A stretch of 48,082 nt of DNA from Trichoplax sp. H2 (taxonomy: Eukaryota): the NCBI GenBank assembly GCA_003344405.1, contig NOWV01000324.1, forward strand, positions 1 through 48,082. The letters run 5' to 3'. A program made the position numbers and the translations under genes. The notes under the pieces are model-generated. The model saw only the letters and a list, made by a program, of their open reading frames with translations, made no database searches and was not told where the DNA came from. This document shows, piece after piece, positions 1 through 18,754 of this stretch. Positions within the stretch are counted from its first letter, which is position 1. Each line of letters opens with the position of its first letter.

Positions 1-206
1 CAACTGGTGTCGAGCTGGCGGGACTTTTCCCCTTTATCCTCTACCACCATCGCCATCAGTGGGTCATTTTTCAAGTCAAATGGACTCTTGCTAAGGGGTG
101 TTTTCAGTAGTACACCATGGCCAAGAGACAAGGTGAACGCTGCCAATACTATCGGTATCATGATATTGAGTGTAGGACCTTTCCACTGCAAGGGTAGTGT
201 CGCCAT
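1..206 (-). CDS. 5' part of a probable secreted/membrane protein gene, open to the window edge
   Basis: ATG at 206 opens a stop-free frame to position 1: MATLPLQWKGPTLNIMIPIVLAAFTLSLGHGVLLKTPLSKSPFDLKNDPLMAMVVEDKGEKSRQLDTS. It has a signal-peptide-like hydrophobic stretch and lies head-to-head with VPS26C. Absent from the ORF track, presumably because no stop lies in the window. Family not recognised. Confidence 0.5.
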   Translation of the reverse strand, partial: MATLPLQWKGPTLNIMIPIVLAAFTLSLGHGVLLKTPLSKSPFDLKNDPLMAMVVEDKGEKSRQLDTS

Positions 207-349
207 TGACTGCTTTCAACATACGACACAGTATAGTATTGTCAAGGCAAGTAAGGTGTTTGTCTCCAAATGCCTCCAACCACCCAAAACACGACGACTG
301 ACCCCTCGTGCGCAGCATCGGTGCTTTCTTTGTCACGGTACTTTGCATC

Positions 350-1065
350 GTAGGGTACCGTACAGTTGCAGTAGTGTACAGTACTGTACATTGTATGGTA
401 CACCGTACAGGATCGGACTAGACTCTTGAAACTTCACACTGTGACTAATATGACTACAGTATAGCCTATACTGTACTGTACAGTGTACAGTGTACAGTAC
501 TATACTGTGCAGTCCTGTACTGTACTGTACTGTACATTGTACAGTACTGTACAGTACAAGCCGTTGGGCCAGGACTTGGTCACAGTTGGTACAGTACAGT
601 ACAGTACTAGACTAGATCCGACTATCGAAACTTCACACTGTGACTACAGCCTATACAGTGTACAGTGTACAGTACTATTCTGTATGTACTGTACTGGACT
701 GGATCGGACTATTGAAACTTCACACTGTGACTACAGTGTACTGTACTGTACAGTACATTGTACAAGCCGTTAGGACAAGACTTGGTTACAGTTGGTACAG
801 TACAGTACTGGACTGGATCGGACTATGGAAACTTCACACTGTGACTACAGCCTATACAGTGTACAGTGTACAGTACTGTCCTGTATGTACTGTACATTGT
901 ACAAGCCGTTGGGCCAGGTCTTGATCACAGTTGGTACAGTACAGTAGTACTGGACTGGATCGGACTATGGAAACTTCACACTGTGACTACAGTCTACAGT
1001 ATACAGTGTACAGTGTACAGTACTGTACATTGTACAAGCCGTTGGGCCAGGACTTGGTCACATGA
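350..1065. repeat. ACAGT-rich complex minisatellite (5 units of ~90-200 bp) in the divergent promoter
   Basis: GAAACTTCACACTGTGACTA at 428, 627, 714, 828 and 970. A GTACAAGCCGTTGGGCCAGGACTTGGTCACA-like block recurs four times. Units are separated by variable ACAGT/ACTGT/GTAC runs. Confidence 0.9.
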
Positions 1066-1337
1066 TTCGACTCTGCCTTTGCGGCTTGAGAGAGTAAGGA
1101 AAAGAAGGAATTTTAAGCCAAATGTCTGACTGCGAACTAATGTATACTGGACGTACAAGTTGGATGGGGTGTACAGAGCAGTCAACTCATGTTGGATAGC
1201 ACGAGATAGGATAGTTTTGATCAGAGAATTAGTTCGCCTCCTCCTTTCGCTAAGCTGTTGCTATTCGTTTGCTTTACTGTGGTTGATTACTTCGTCACCG
1301 TGTCCGCCTTACAACTTGAAGTCAACTATTGTCGCAA

Positions 1338-4300
1338 ATGGCGAGCTTAGATATCAAGCTGAAGAGACCCAATAAAACCTATCAGCCTGGTGTAAGTGAT
1401 TTTTCCATACGGTCTGAAATCAATCAACTGTTTCCAGTTGCAAGCAGTAATTGTACACACCGTCTACAATCTTGTTGCAGGCAATCCAATGTTGTTGATT
1501 CACGCTTATGTGTAATATTCAATCATTCACTCATCAGTACTTTCTATCGCTTAAGCCAAAGGTGCACAGTATATCTAGGATAAAATCCAATCATAATATG
1601 AATCATAGCAATCTGAACTGCTCCAAAGACATCCGATAGCAAATAGGATACAACTCACCTTGATCCATCGATTTTACTCTATCTCAGATACCACGGTAGT
1701 AAAGTAGAACTTGTAGCATCAAGAAATACATTGTACCAGTATATACTCTGAAAGATGCACATCTTATTATAATAGACAATTTCTGTTATTACTGTCTACT
1801 CAACATGGCACTGTTCGATGATATACTATCCGATCAATGCATTGCCGATCGCTTCTGCCATTGATGTTGGTTTAACACAATATCCCCCTTTGCAACAATT
1901 TGCCCTATTTTATACTTCCTAGTGATAAACCAATTTCATCGTTGGCATGCTTACAGTTAAACGAGTCATGATGCATTTGTAACCCATTCAAACTAACCTC
2001 AACGTGAAGCCATTCCATATCACAACAATTAATGGCGTACGACTAAAGCTATTTTGAAAAACAAGTTACCTGGCTTAAATAGCCTCCCATGCATTATATC
2101 TACATTGTACAGTATATATTTGCAATGAGACATACGAATATCATGAAGGCATTCGATATCACTACAAATAATCACGAATAACAATAGCTGCTTTGAAAAA
2201 CGAATTACTTGGCTGAAATAGCCTCCCTTATATACATGTACTGTATATGCTACGTATATAGTTATAATTAGATATACTATACTTTCGTCATGTTGAACTG
2301 GATGTACCGCAATGGGTCGATATCCCTGCTGTACTGTAGAGTGTAGACACTTTTGAAAGTTTTCCATAGCGTTGGCTGTATACAATGAATGATACATTCT
2401 CTGCAAATAAATCATGACATTAGCTTCTATCCTATTCGCCGGATACGATGCCCATCAATGATTATCACCATATAACTAACTAACGACAATGTTATTACAT
2501 AATGATTGACAACATTGATTTCCAATTCTACCATTTTACTTCATCTAGGAAAACATCAAAGGCAACATCGCTATCTCCAGTAAGGGTGATCTATCGCATA
2601 ATGGCATCACGTTATTTGTAGAAGGCAATGTAAATTTACACTTGAGTGCAAAGAGTGTTGGTATGTTTGAAGCTTTCTACAATTCCGTCAAGCCCATACA
2701 ATTAATCAACTATTCGGTGGAACTGGCTGGTCCTGGCAAATTATACCAAAACGTTTCATGCATTTACAAAATCTTTATAGTATTGGCAATCAGTGATCAT
2801 TTTAATTGCCTATTCAACTTTTTTTTATCATTATATAGATACATACTATAGAAGCCAATCATACAATAAACAGGCAGTTACAAAGTAGTCAATTTCCTTA
2901 AATGCAATAGGCAGTAGAAAAAGTCAAAGTGGTCACATTACGTGATTCTGGAACTTTCTATAAAGTACAGATATAGCATTCAAACATTGCCTAATACAAA
3001 TATACATATAGGGCTTTTAGACGCTGAACATGAAGCTTGCTTTAAGACAAAATCGTAATGTAGGATTCGTCAATACCAGCATTTTATAAAGCAAATTATT
3101 CAAGCTTGATCATTCAGCTGTGTGAAAATGTAGTCTCTATGTACTATTTAATATCGACGTTGAGTTGGCTCATATAGTGAGATAATCAGTATACCACTTA
3201 CCCGATAAGAATTGCTATGATTTTGGATAACTTCTAGGCAGTTATTGTAATCATTACAAACGTTTTTTGAATATAATTACTAAATTTCTACTTGTAAAAT
3301 ATATCAAATTTTTCATTTCCAATGAGCTCTTATGAACAAGATTTAAATGACTATGCAGATGTTCCATTCTTTCCTTTTTATTATCTACGCCATCTGGAAA
3401 GCTTGAATTCCCATTTGAGGTTCCTCTAGAGCCCAAAGGCAATAAGAAGCTGTTCGATACGTACCACGGAGTGTTTGTTAATATACAGGTAATGAGCGTA
3501 TACTTAAAAATTTGACAGTAAGCAAGAATTATGCGCGTAGATATGATTAAGTAAACTTTTACAACCCACTGTACGAGTATATCTAGTAATTCAAGATATT
3601 GAGAGCATCGTATTAAAAATTGCTGCCGCCAATAATAGCATCAAGCATTCGTACCATATCATATAATACGGTTCATGCCTAGCTAACAAGGTGGATACAG
3701 TATCTCAGAGGTGGTAATAAATCTTATTAGACGAATAGTCATCTCCTTATTATGAGACATTCTCCACATCAAGATACTCTTCTATCGTGGTGGTTTGTGT
3801 GCCATTATTTCTGTAGTGATTTACCGCTATATCATTTCATACCAGCTTTTAAGCAACATACTGTACAAAATCAATTATAGTGATTCGCTATGTACTTGTT
3901 GTTTCCCATCCCAATTACTACAACCGCTGAGACTGAATTCCATTACAAGCATGTGACTAATCGGTGGTTCCTGTGCTATTATTAATTAGTACTAGTATTC
4001 ATCGTTGGTTGTCAGTGAAATTAATACTCTAACCAGTTTTGGGCTAATGGGCTAATATGAAATTAATGATCATTAAACTTACTAAAATCGATGGACATCA
4101 TCCAACATGTCTTACGTACAAACGTGCACAGGACAGAATTACTGATCATATTTTTTTACCATTTTAAATCGTTGCAGTATTCAATCAGGTGTGAAATTAA
4201 ACGCTCCATGTTGACTAAAGACATGGTTAAACAACTAGAATTTGTTGTTGAGCAGGTAATTACTATCAGCTAGCGAGCATCATTCGCTAATAAAATGCTA

Positions 4301-5598
4301 ACTTCCTTACTTATTAATTGCTATCAGAGTCACGACACCACTGATCGTAAACAGACAGTAGTCAATTTCGAAGTTACACCAAATACATTGGAAAATGTAA
4401 AGGAGGTAGGTATATCAAGTAAATTAAGGAACAATAACCTGACGCAAGCAAAATAAGCAAAAATTGACACCAACATCAAGCATAAAATCTTTACTCAATA
4501 ATTGAAATTTTCGACATTATTTTGTGTACAGAAAGTATTGCCTAATTTCAAATTAACAGGAAGGCTTGATACTATTTGTTGCAATATAACCGAACCTTTC
4601 ACCGGAGAGGTAAAAATACAAACATTGTTACCCAACAGATGGGTACAACGCAAACAATTGATATCTTATTAAATCTAATTCAATTTCAGCTGATAGTCGA
4701 AAATTCTGCAAGTCTTATCAAATCGATCGAACTACAACTTGTCAGGGTTGAAACATGTGGTATGTAAATTATATCGACATAAGTAGAATCTAATTACGAC
4801 TTTAAAATACTATTGCATAATCAATAGCTACGCTAAATTTTAGCTCCGATTTGTTAGCTTAATCTTAATGGATAATAGGTTACGGAAACATAGTAATTGG
4901 CCTTGTAACATACTAAAACCAAAGCAATCGTAATGAAGTAATTGTTACTATTCTCTACTATGATCACACTTATACAGGTTGTGCTGAAGGTTACGCAAGA
5001 GACGGTAAGTCATCCTAACAGCATAAAAGTAAAAATTAAATGTAAATTACATACAATCCTGGATTTGGTCGCTTCTCACCAAGTGTTACCACGCGCCTCT
5101 TTTATACCTGTCGATATAATTAATGATTGATGAGTATTATAATTATCTTAACATATCATTTATATTTACTGACATTTAACGTAAATAAAACTGCAGCAAC
5201 CGAGATACAAAATATACAGGCAAGTACAACTTCGGAGAGTGATCGCTTTTTTTTATTTGACTAGATACTTTTAACGTATGAAATGCTCTTAAATGATCGT
5301 TTATTCGTTTTTTAGATAGGAGAAGGGAATGTATGCCATAATGTGCCCATTCCCATTTACATGATCTTCCCAAGATTGTTCACTTGTCCAACACTGATTA
5401 CTAACAACTTTAAAGTTGGTACGTTCTGCATGCTCAAAAGTACTCAATAAAACTGTCATATTAAACGAACTGTGATGTGTAATCTGTACTGATATATAAA
5501 ATACTAATGTTTTAGAATTTGAAGTCAATATCGTCATGACATTCAACGACGACCATCAAATTACAGAAAATTTTCCAATTCAATTATTCAGAGCTTGA
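1338..5598 (+). CDS. VPS26C: VPS26C/DSCR3 (retriever complex subunit), 11 exons, ~295 aa
   Basis: Exons 1338-1391, 2549-2742, 3389-3488, 4178-4255, 4328-4405, 4532-4609, 4690-4759, 4978-5004, 5197-5219, 5316-5418, 5516-5598 (888 nt, phases consistent). Peptides MASLDIKLKRPNKTY, LSAKSVGMFEAFYNSVKPIQ, DTYHGVFVNIQY, IELQLVRVETCGCAEGYARDATEIQNIQ and IYMIFPRLFTCPTL match DSCR3. Confidence 0.95.
2743..3388 (+). other. AT-AC intron (VPS26C intron 2)
   Basis: Removing ATACCAAAAC...TTATCTAC joins AAA TT|G CCA TCT GGA AAG = GPGKLPSGK, matching DSCR3 PGKFPSGK. I found no GT-AG pair that keeps both the frame and the alignment. Confidence 0.75.
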
Positions 5599-5736
5599 TT
5601 ATATACTTCTCTTAATTACAACGACAATCTCTTTATCTGTAATTACTGTAACTACTTATAACAATACGATGGTACACAACTGCTTTTGTATAGTCTGTAT
5701 ATTACTATTAACAATCAGTAAACGAATATTACAATT

Positions 5737-13596
<7,860 letters not shown>

Positions 13597-13679
13597 GAAG
13601 CTTATTAACTTCTGCAACAAACGTTTACTTTCAAAGCTGTCACTGAAGGTAATGACGGTAACGTGCTATACTCAGCCTA

Positions 13680-13860
13680 ATTATACTGTACAGTATAATC
13701 GACTCCAGTCCAGTGCTAGACAGTACAGTATGGTACAGTCGCATTCAATCGATCTTCTTTATCCGTCGCCAGTACCGTACCGTACTAGTACTAGTGGACC
13801 CATTGCTTATACTGCCGGACAGACATGATAGACTGACTAGTCTGTAGTCACTGTCATGTG
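13680..13860. promoter_or_regulatory. ACAGT/GTAC-rich putative promoter of the PP2A-A gene
   Basis: TACTGTACAGTA, GACAGTACAGTATGGTACAGT and GTACCGTACCGTACTAGTACTAGT cluster about 90-260 bp upstream of the ATG. Confidence 0.5.
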
Positions 13861-16800
13861 TATTAAACAAAGAAGTATGACGGTGATGTCGCGCTGGAAC
13901 GACAGACAGACGCAAAGCCCAAAACTGCTGAATAGAGGAAAAAAATACAAAATGACCAAGCATGCGCACAGGGTTGGATTGGTCCGTTATTTTGATAATT
14001 GGTAGTGGGTTGGATGGATTGATGATTGTCAATCTTATTAAATTAATTAATTATGGTTGAAAAGCTATTTTTGTACTATGAACTTATTATTTCTAGTAGT
14101 CCAGAACAGAGTTGACAGAGTATATTCCTAGAAATTATGCTATTTGACCAGTATCTTAGTCGATTGATTATTACTCACACAATTCTCTTTCTTATACAGG
14201 TATACAGTGATTAGAAAAGCCTTTCCTCCGCTATCACTCTGCCCTTTTCATCCCTAGTAGTGGTTTACAGTTGTGCGATACTGTGCGCCTCCATTCCTAC
14301 ATTATACAATTTTAGTCTACAGTACACTGTAAAATGGACTACTCAATAAATCCCTTTTATTGAATAATCCGTGACTGCTGTGCAGACATCAGCACCACTT
14401 AAAAACTTATTACTGTAACAGATTTTGCAGACCTCTGCTGTATCTGCAGTGTACAGACTTGCCGAGTACTTTGCTTGCAAGTACAGTACGGTCATCGCGA
14501 TGATTTTGTCATGGCTGAAATATCAGGTTACATACAGCAAAGAGATATCATCTCTTATATGATTGTAGAGGTCGAGGTCAAAATATTTCAATTTTAATTG
14601 ACTGTTGATCGCAATTTTTGAATTTCACAGTATGGTCACTATGCTACTTTCATTGGAGTCTAGTGCTTCTGTACACTGCTGTATGCAAAAGACTTGTTAG
14701 AGGAATTTTCTGAAGGTAGCGCTTTGAACTGTTCTGCTTTTCTTTCTGTACTCTACATGTCTGTCTGTACGCTGGACAGCATTTTGACAGAGGCGTGGCG
14801 AGTAAATATGGAACGCTTGAAAAATGTTTAGTGTTGCCTTAAATTATACCTTTAAATTTGGCTCAAATTCCACGCAGACAGATCAGTACAACCTAGAGTA
14901 ATGGGCTATTGGCGTTTTAATTGCAGTATTTGAGTTATTTTATTTCGTTCAAGTTTCTAATATAAACTATCACTCACTGGCCCATGTGCGCTCGGTCTAA
15001 CCATTTTGTAAATCACGGAAATGGCTGCGCTTGTTGCTTTCTTGCATACAGCGCACATTACAGTAGACACTGGCATAGCCTAGCATACGGTTTAAACCAG
15101 GCCTTGAATAGATGCAACCAATATGTAACACTCGATGGAACTACGTTGAGAGAAGCATGGAGATCTTGATATATTTCTGATTTCTTCTACTGTACCATTT
15201 ACTTACCACTGTGGTCAATGGACTACTAACAGAAAACCAAGTTATTGTTACTTGCTGCAACTATCTAGCGTTCCAGCGTAAATTATTATTATTCACAGAT
15301 TGTTGATCCTTCACAGCTTCACTCTACTTATACCAAAGTCCTAAAAATATTCATTCTCTGCTCGTATACCGGGAAGGGTATTTCACGGAGCGCAAAGGGC
15401 TATCTTGCGGCATCATATTCTAGATAAAGAATGGATAGAATGGTGACCCTGACTATTTGGAGAAAGAAAGGCAAACTGCTGCACACTGCTGACTACGCTG
15501 CTGTATAATGTACATATGTACAGTGGTGAGAAATGGGAAAAATCCACGACTTGATCCTACATTCATCTAAGCTTGCAAGGATTGACGCGTAAGGCATTTA
15601 GGTGGTCGATTAAATTCTATGAAAATCCAAATCCCAACTGATATACTGTATGCATAATTGCATACAGTTTAGCAGCAAGTATACGACCCCGATATGGCGG
15701 ATACTATATGAGCTACATAATGCATTTCAGTAACGGCTTTGTACCAGTAGGACAGTTTCAGTGAAGTGTACAAGAAGCATCAATTCACATCGATGCAGAT
15801 TTTGCAGACCTGTAGTCTACAGTGTCTGGTCTACTCATTTTTTCTCTATTGAGTATTTAGTCATGGTGTAGCCGCAGTGAACGAGGTAGGACTCCATCCA
15901 TGCCATGCACTATAGAACGATGCAAGTACAAAACAATTTATCACAAGTATAATTTAAATGCAACAGGCAGAACAAGATAGCTAGCAATATTCGTGGGGAT
16001 CAGGCCAATGAGCGAACGTTTCTAGTTGTAATAATACACGGTACAACCATGAACTACTCAAATTCTACGTAGAATGAAGCAGTCCATGGTACAACCTAGG
16101 TAAAAGATTATCATTACTAGAGGAGTATAGCGAAAAATATAGTAGGTCAAGTTTTCAATAGTGAGGTAAGTTTAACTTACGACACAAAAGTAAAGAAGAA
16201 TGTCATTACAGGAGGAGTATTGCAAAAGATAGATTGAGTATTTATTGATGCAATTCGATCCGCTACGCTAGAGTAGGTATACAAAATGGATATTAATGTC
16301 ACTACATGCATACTTATACCTACATGCAGTGATATTCTATAGCTCCATACTGTGACTAACCGCCATCAATCGACCACACATGTGTAGGATAGGCTGGATA
16401 GTCTTGTTTAGTGGAGTTCCTGCAGATTCGGTTATTAGTCGCTATTTTTAATAAATCACTTTGTTGAGTTTTAGTTAACATCGACAATGCTGAGTAGAAT
16501 CATCCGTTAGTAAACGATTGTATACGCACCAATTGAATACACGTTATAAGAGCGCTCATGTATGCTTGGTATTCCTGATTTTCGTCTAGTACACTTTGCG
16601 TAAGTATGCTGTTATTATCGTCAATTTTTTTATAATGAGAAAACCACGGGGATAATATTGTACAAATTACATACAAATCTTGCAAGAATTCCTTCTTAAC
16701 CTCAACATAACGTTAGCTGAATATCTAGTGACATTAGTTGCACTCCTCCATGGACCTGTAGACTGCCCTTGTAAAACTATCCAGCAACGAATCCATATGA

Positions 16801-18203
16801 TAATTATCCTAAATATAAATCTCGTCCAAAGGTATGCAAAGAAAAACCTCCATATAATCCTATGAATGTGATCCTGACTTATTAATCTTTGCAGTTATGA
16901 CTAAACCGAAGCTTTAGAAATAAAATCCAATCATAGTATAGACTAATTCCCTTGATCTTATAAATCAACTTGTGCAGCCAGTATAACTAAACTTTGCCGC
17001 CGTAAATTCCTTCAAATACAGAGCAGATCCCCCCCCCCAAAAAAACGAATTGGATGTATTTCATTTACAATTAACACTGGTACACACTTTGGTTGCTCAA
17101 TGGAAGTACAAATTTGTTTTTACCAGTAACGTTGCGATCCCTTGGCTATTACCAACCTGCACATGTACATCTTCTGCAAAACTGTCGTAGTCTGCAAAAG
17201 AAATTTGCATCGATCACACCCGCAAGTATCGATCGCGTCTGTGCTAATTCTATAATTGCATTCTATAACAACATCATCAGAGCATAAAGCGACGCAATTA
17301 TAAAAGCTTATTCACTTGTAGTATAACCCTGAAATTGACCAGGTTGTATGATCGGTTAGATTGTGCAAAGTGGCGGGTAACCCTATATCGAAAAATAATA
17401 ATTTTGTTTCTGTGCGAGATATGCCCGTATATTTAATCGTTCTCCATCCACAGTACTTTGTTCATCTTTTATAAGCATATACAGTACTTCGCAATATCAC
17501 TATTTATTGTTTGTTATTAATGACATTACCATCTTAATTAAGCATGAGTCTAGTGATTATCTCTTGATGCAGCATCAAGGAAGATATTGTAAGGAAATTC
17601 GATTACCATTACAGTAATATCGTAACGCTTGCTTGCTTTATCATGATGATCATGGAAATTATTAGAGCGATACAGAATGACTTAATCCCATTAAGATACA
17701 AATAATCGTTTAAAGTAGCTAAATACCGAGCTCCTTGTTCTACTAAGAATTATTCTACGACAGGATAACTTCAGTAGAACTCAATACGGTACTATGAGCA
17801 TCATTCTATTCAATAACAGATAATTATAGTACAAGTAATTGTACTTGATATCCTTTCCGTTTATGTAAACAAAGACATCGCATATATTATGTAGCTTATA
17901 CATGCAAATGATAACTGAATTCTCGTTCGACCTATTAGAAAGAGAAAGAAAACGCTACAAGGAAAATTAGCTGAAATAGGAGGAAATTCTATGCCCTGCA
18001 AGTGACTTTGCAAATCTTAAAAAGGAAGGGGTAACCCAGCATTATAATGAGAAATACATTAACGTTGCTATGAATAACAAGGCGGTACTTATATAGCGAT
18101 ATCATCAATATCTTTACTAGTGTAGCTTAATTTCCTCGACAACAATAGTGCTGATACAAAGTTAACAATTAATTATTTATATCGATACTGTCATTAATTA
18201 TTC

Positions 18204-18254
18204 TGCTTGGCAACCACAGTCTCAATTGGCTTTTGTATACGGTTGCCAAGCAAG
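18204..18254. promoter_or_regulatory. Paired X-box-like (RFX) sites upstream of the SAXO-like gene
   Basis: Perfect 12-bp inverted repeat TGCTTGGCAACC (18204-18215) / GGTTGCCAAGCA (18241-18252). Each arm carries the GTTGCC half of the X-box GTNRCC-N0-3-RGYAAC. Confidence 0.55.
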
Positions 18255-18754
18255 CAAAGCAGCACATTTCATTGACTTACTTCCACTCTATTACTACTCT
18301 CAGTAACATGATAAGCCAAACCAGCAAATTTGCAGTCCTTCATATCATGATCTATCTTCTTGTTGGTAAGATATAATTAGTGATTCTGTTCAGAAATCTT
18401 CAATACTAATTTATGATTTAAACGCATCCAAAAGTATTGACATGAAATATGAGTGAAGCTTTATTTTCTTATTCTAAATCTTAATAATATCATCAAATTA
18501 TTTACTACAACAGGTAAGTATGACAAAGTGTTACGCTTAAATTATTTAGTAAATCCTTTAGTCAGTTTATATTTTGTATATATATATATTTACTCCAATC
18601 AATAAAGGCATGGAAATAACGATTCCGATTAATTCTATTCTATTCACCATTTCAGAACATCAAGCCATTTATACTCTTTGCCAAATCAAGGCGAATAATC
18701 CACTATTATCAATCATAGCTAATCAATAAATTTGATATAACAGATAATATCAAT

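Noticed and set aside
428..1065. CRISPR-like array (regular repeats containing GAAAC)
   Set aside because: The intervening segments are homologous low-complexity sequence of very unequal length, there are no cas genes, and the context is eukaryotic.
483..1185. ORFs rich in YSVQYCTV
   Set aside because: These are translations of the ACAGT repeat in several overlapping frames.
2040..2250. ~70-bp imperfect duplication in VPS26C intron 1 (TTGAAAAAC...TGGCT.AAATAGCCTCCC twice)
   Set aside because: It looks like an ordinary local duplication with no splice, snoRNA or coding features.
15645..15668. Perfect 10-bp hairpin ACTGTATGCA-TAAT-TGCATACAGT
   Set aside because: Too short for a pre-miRNA, and easily generated from ACTGT/ACAGT motifs.
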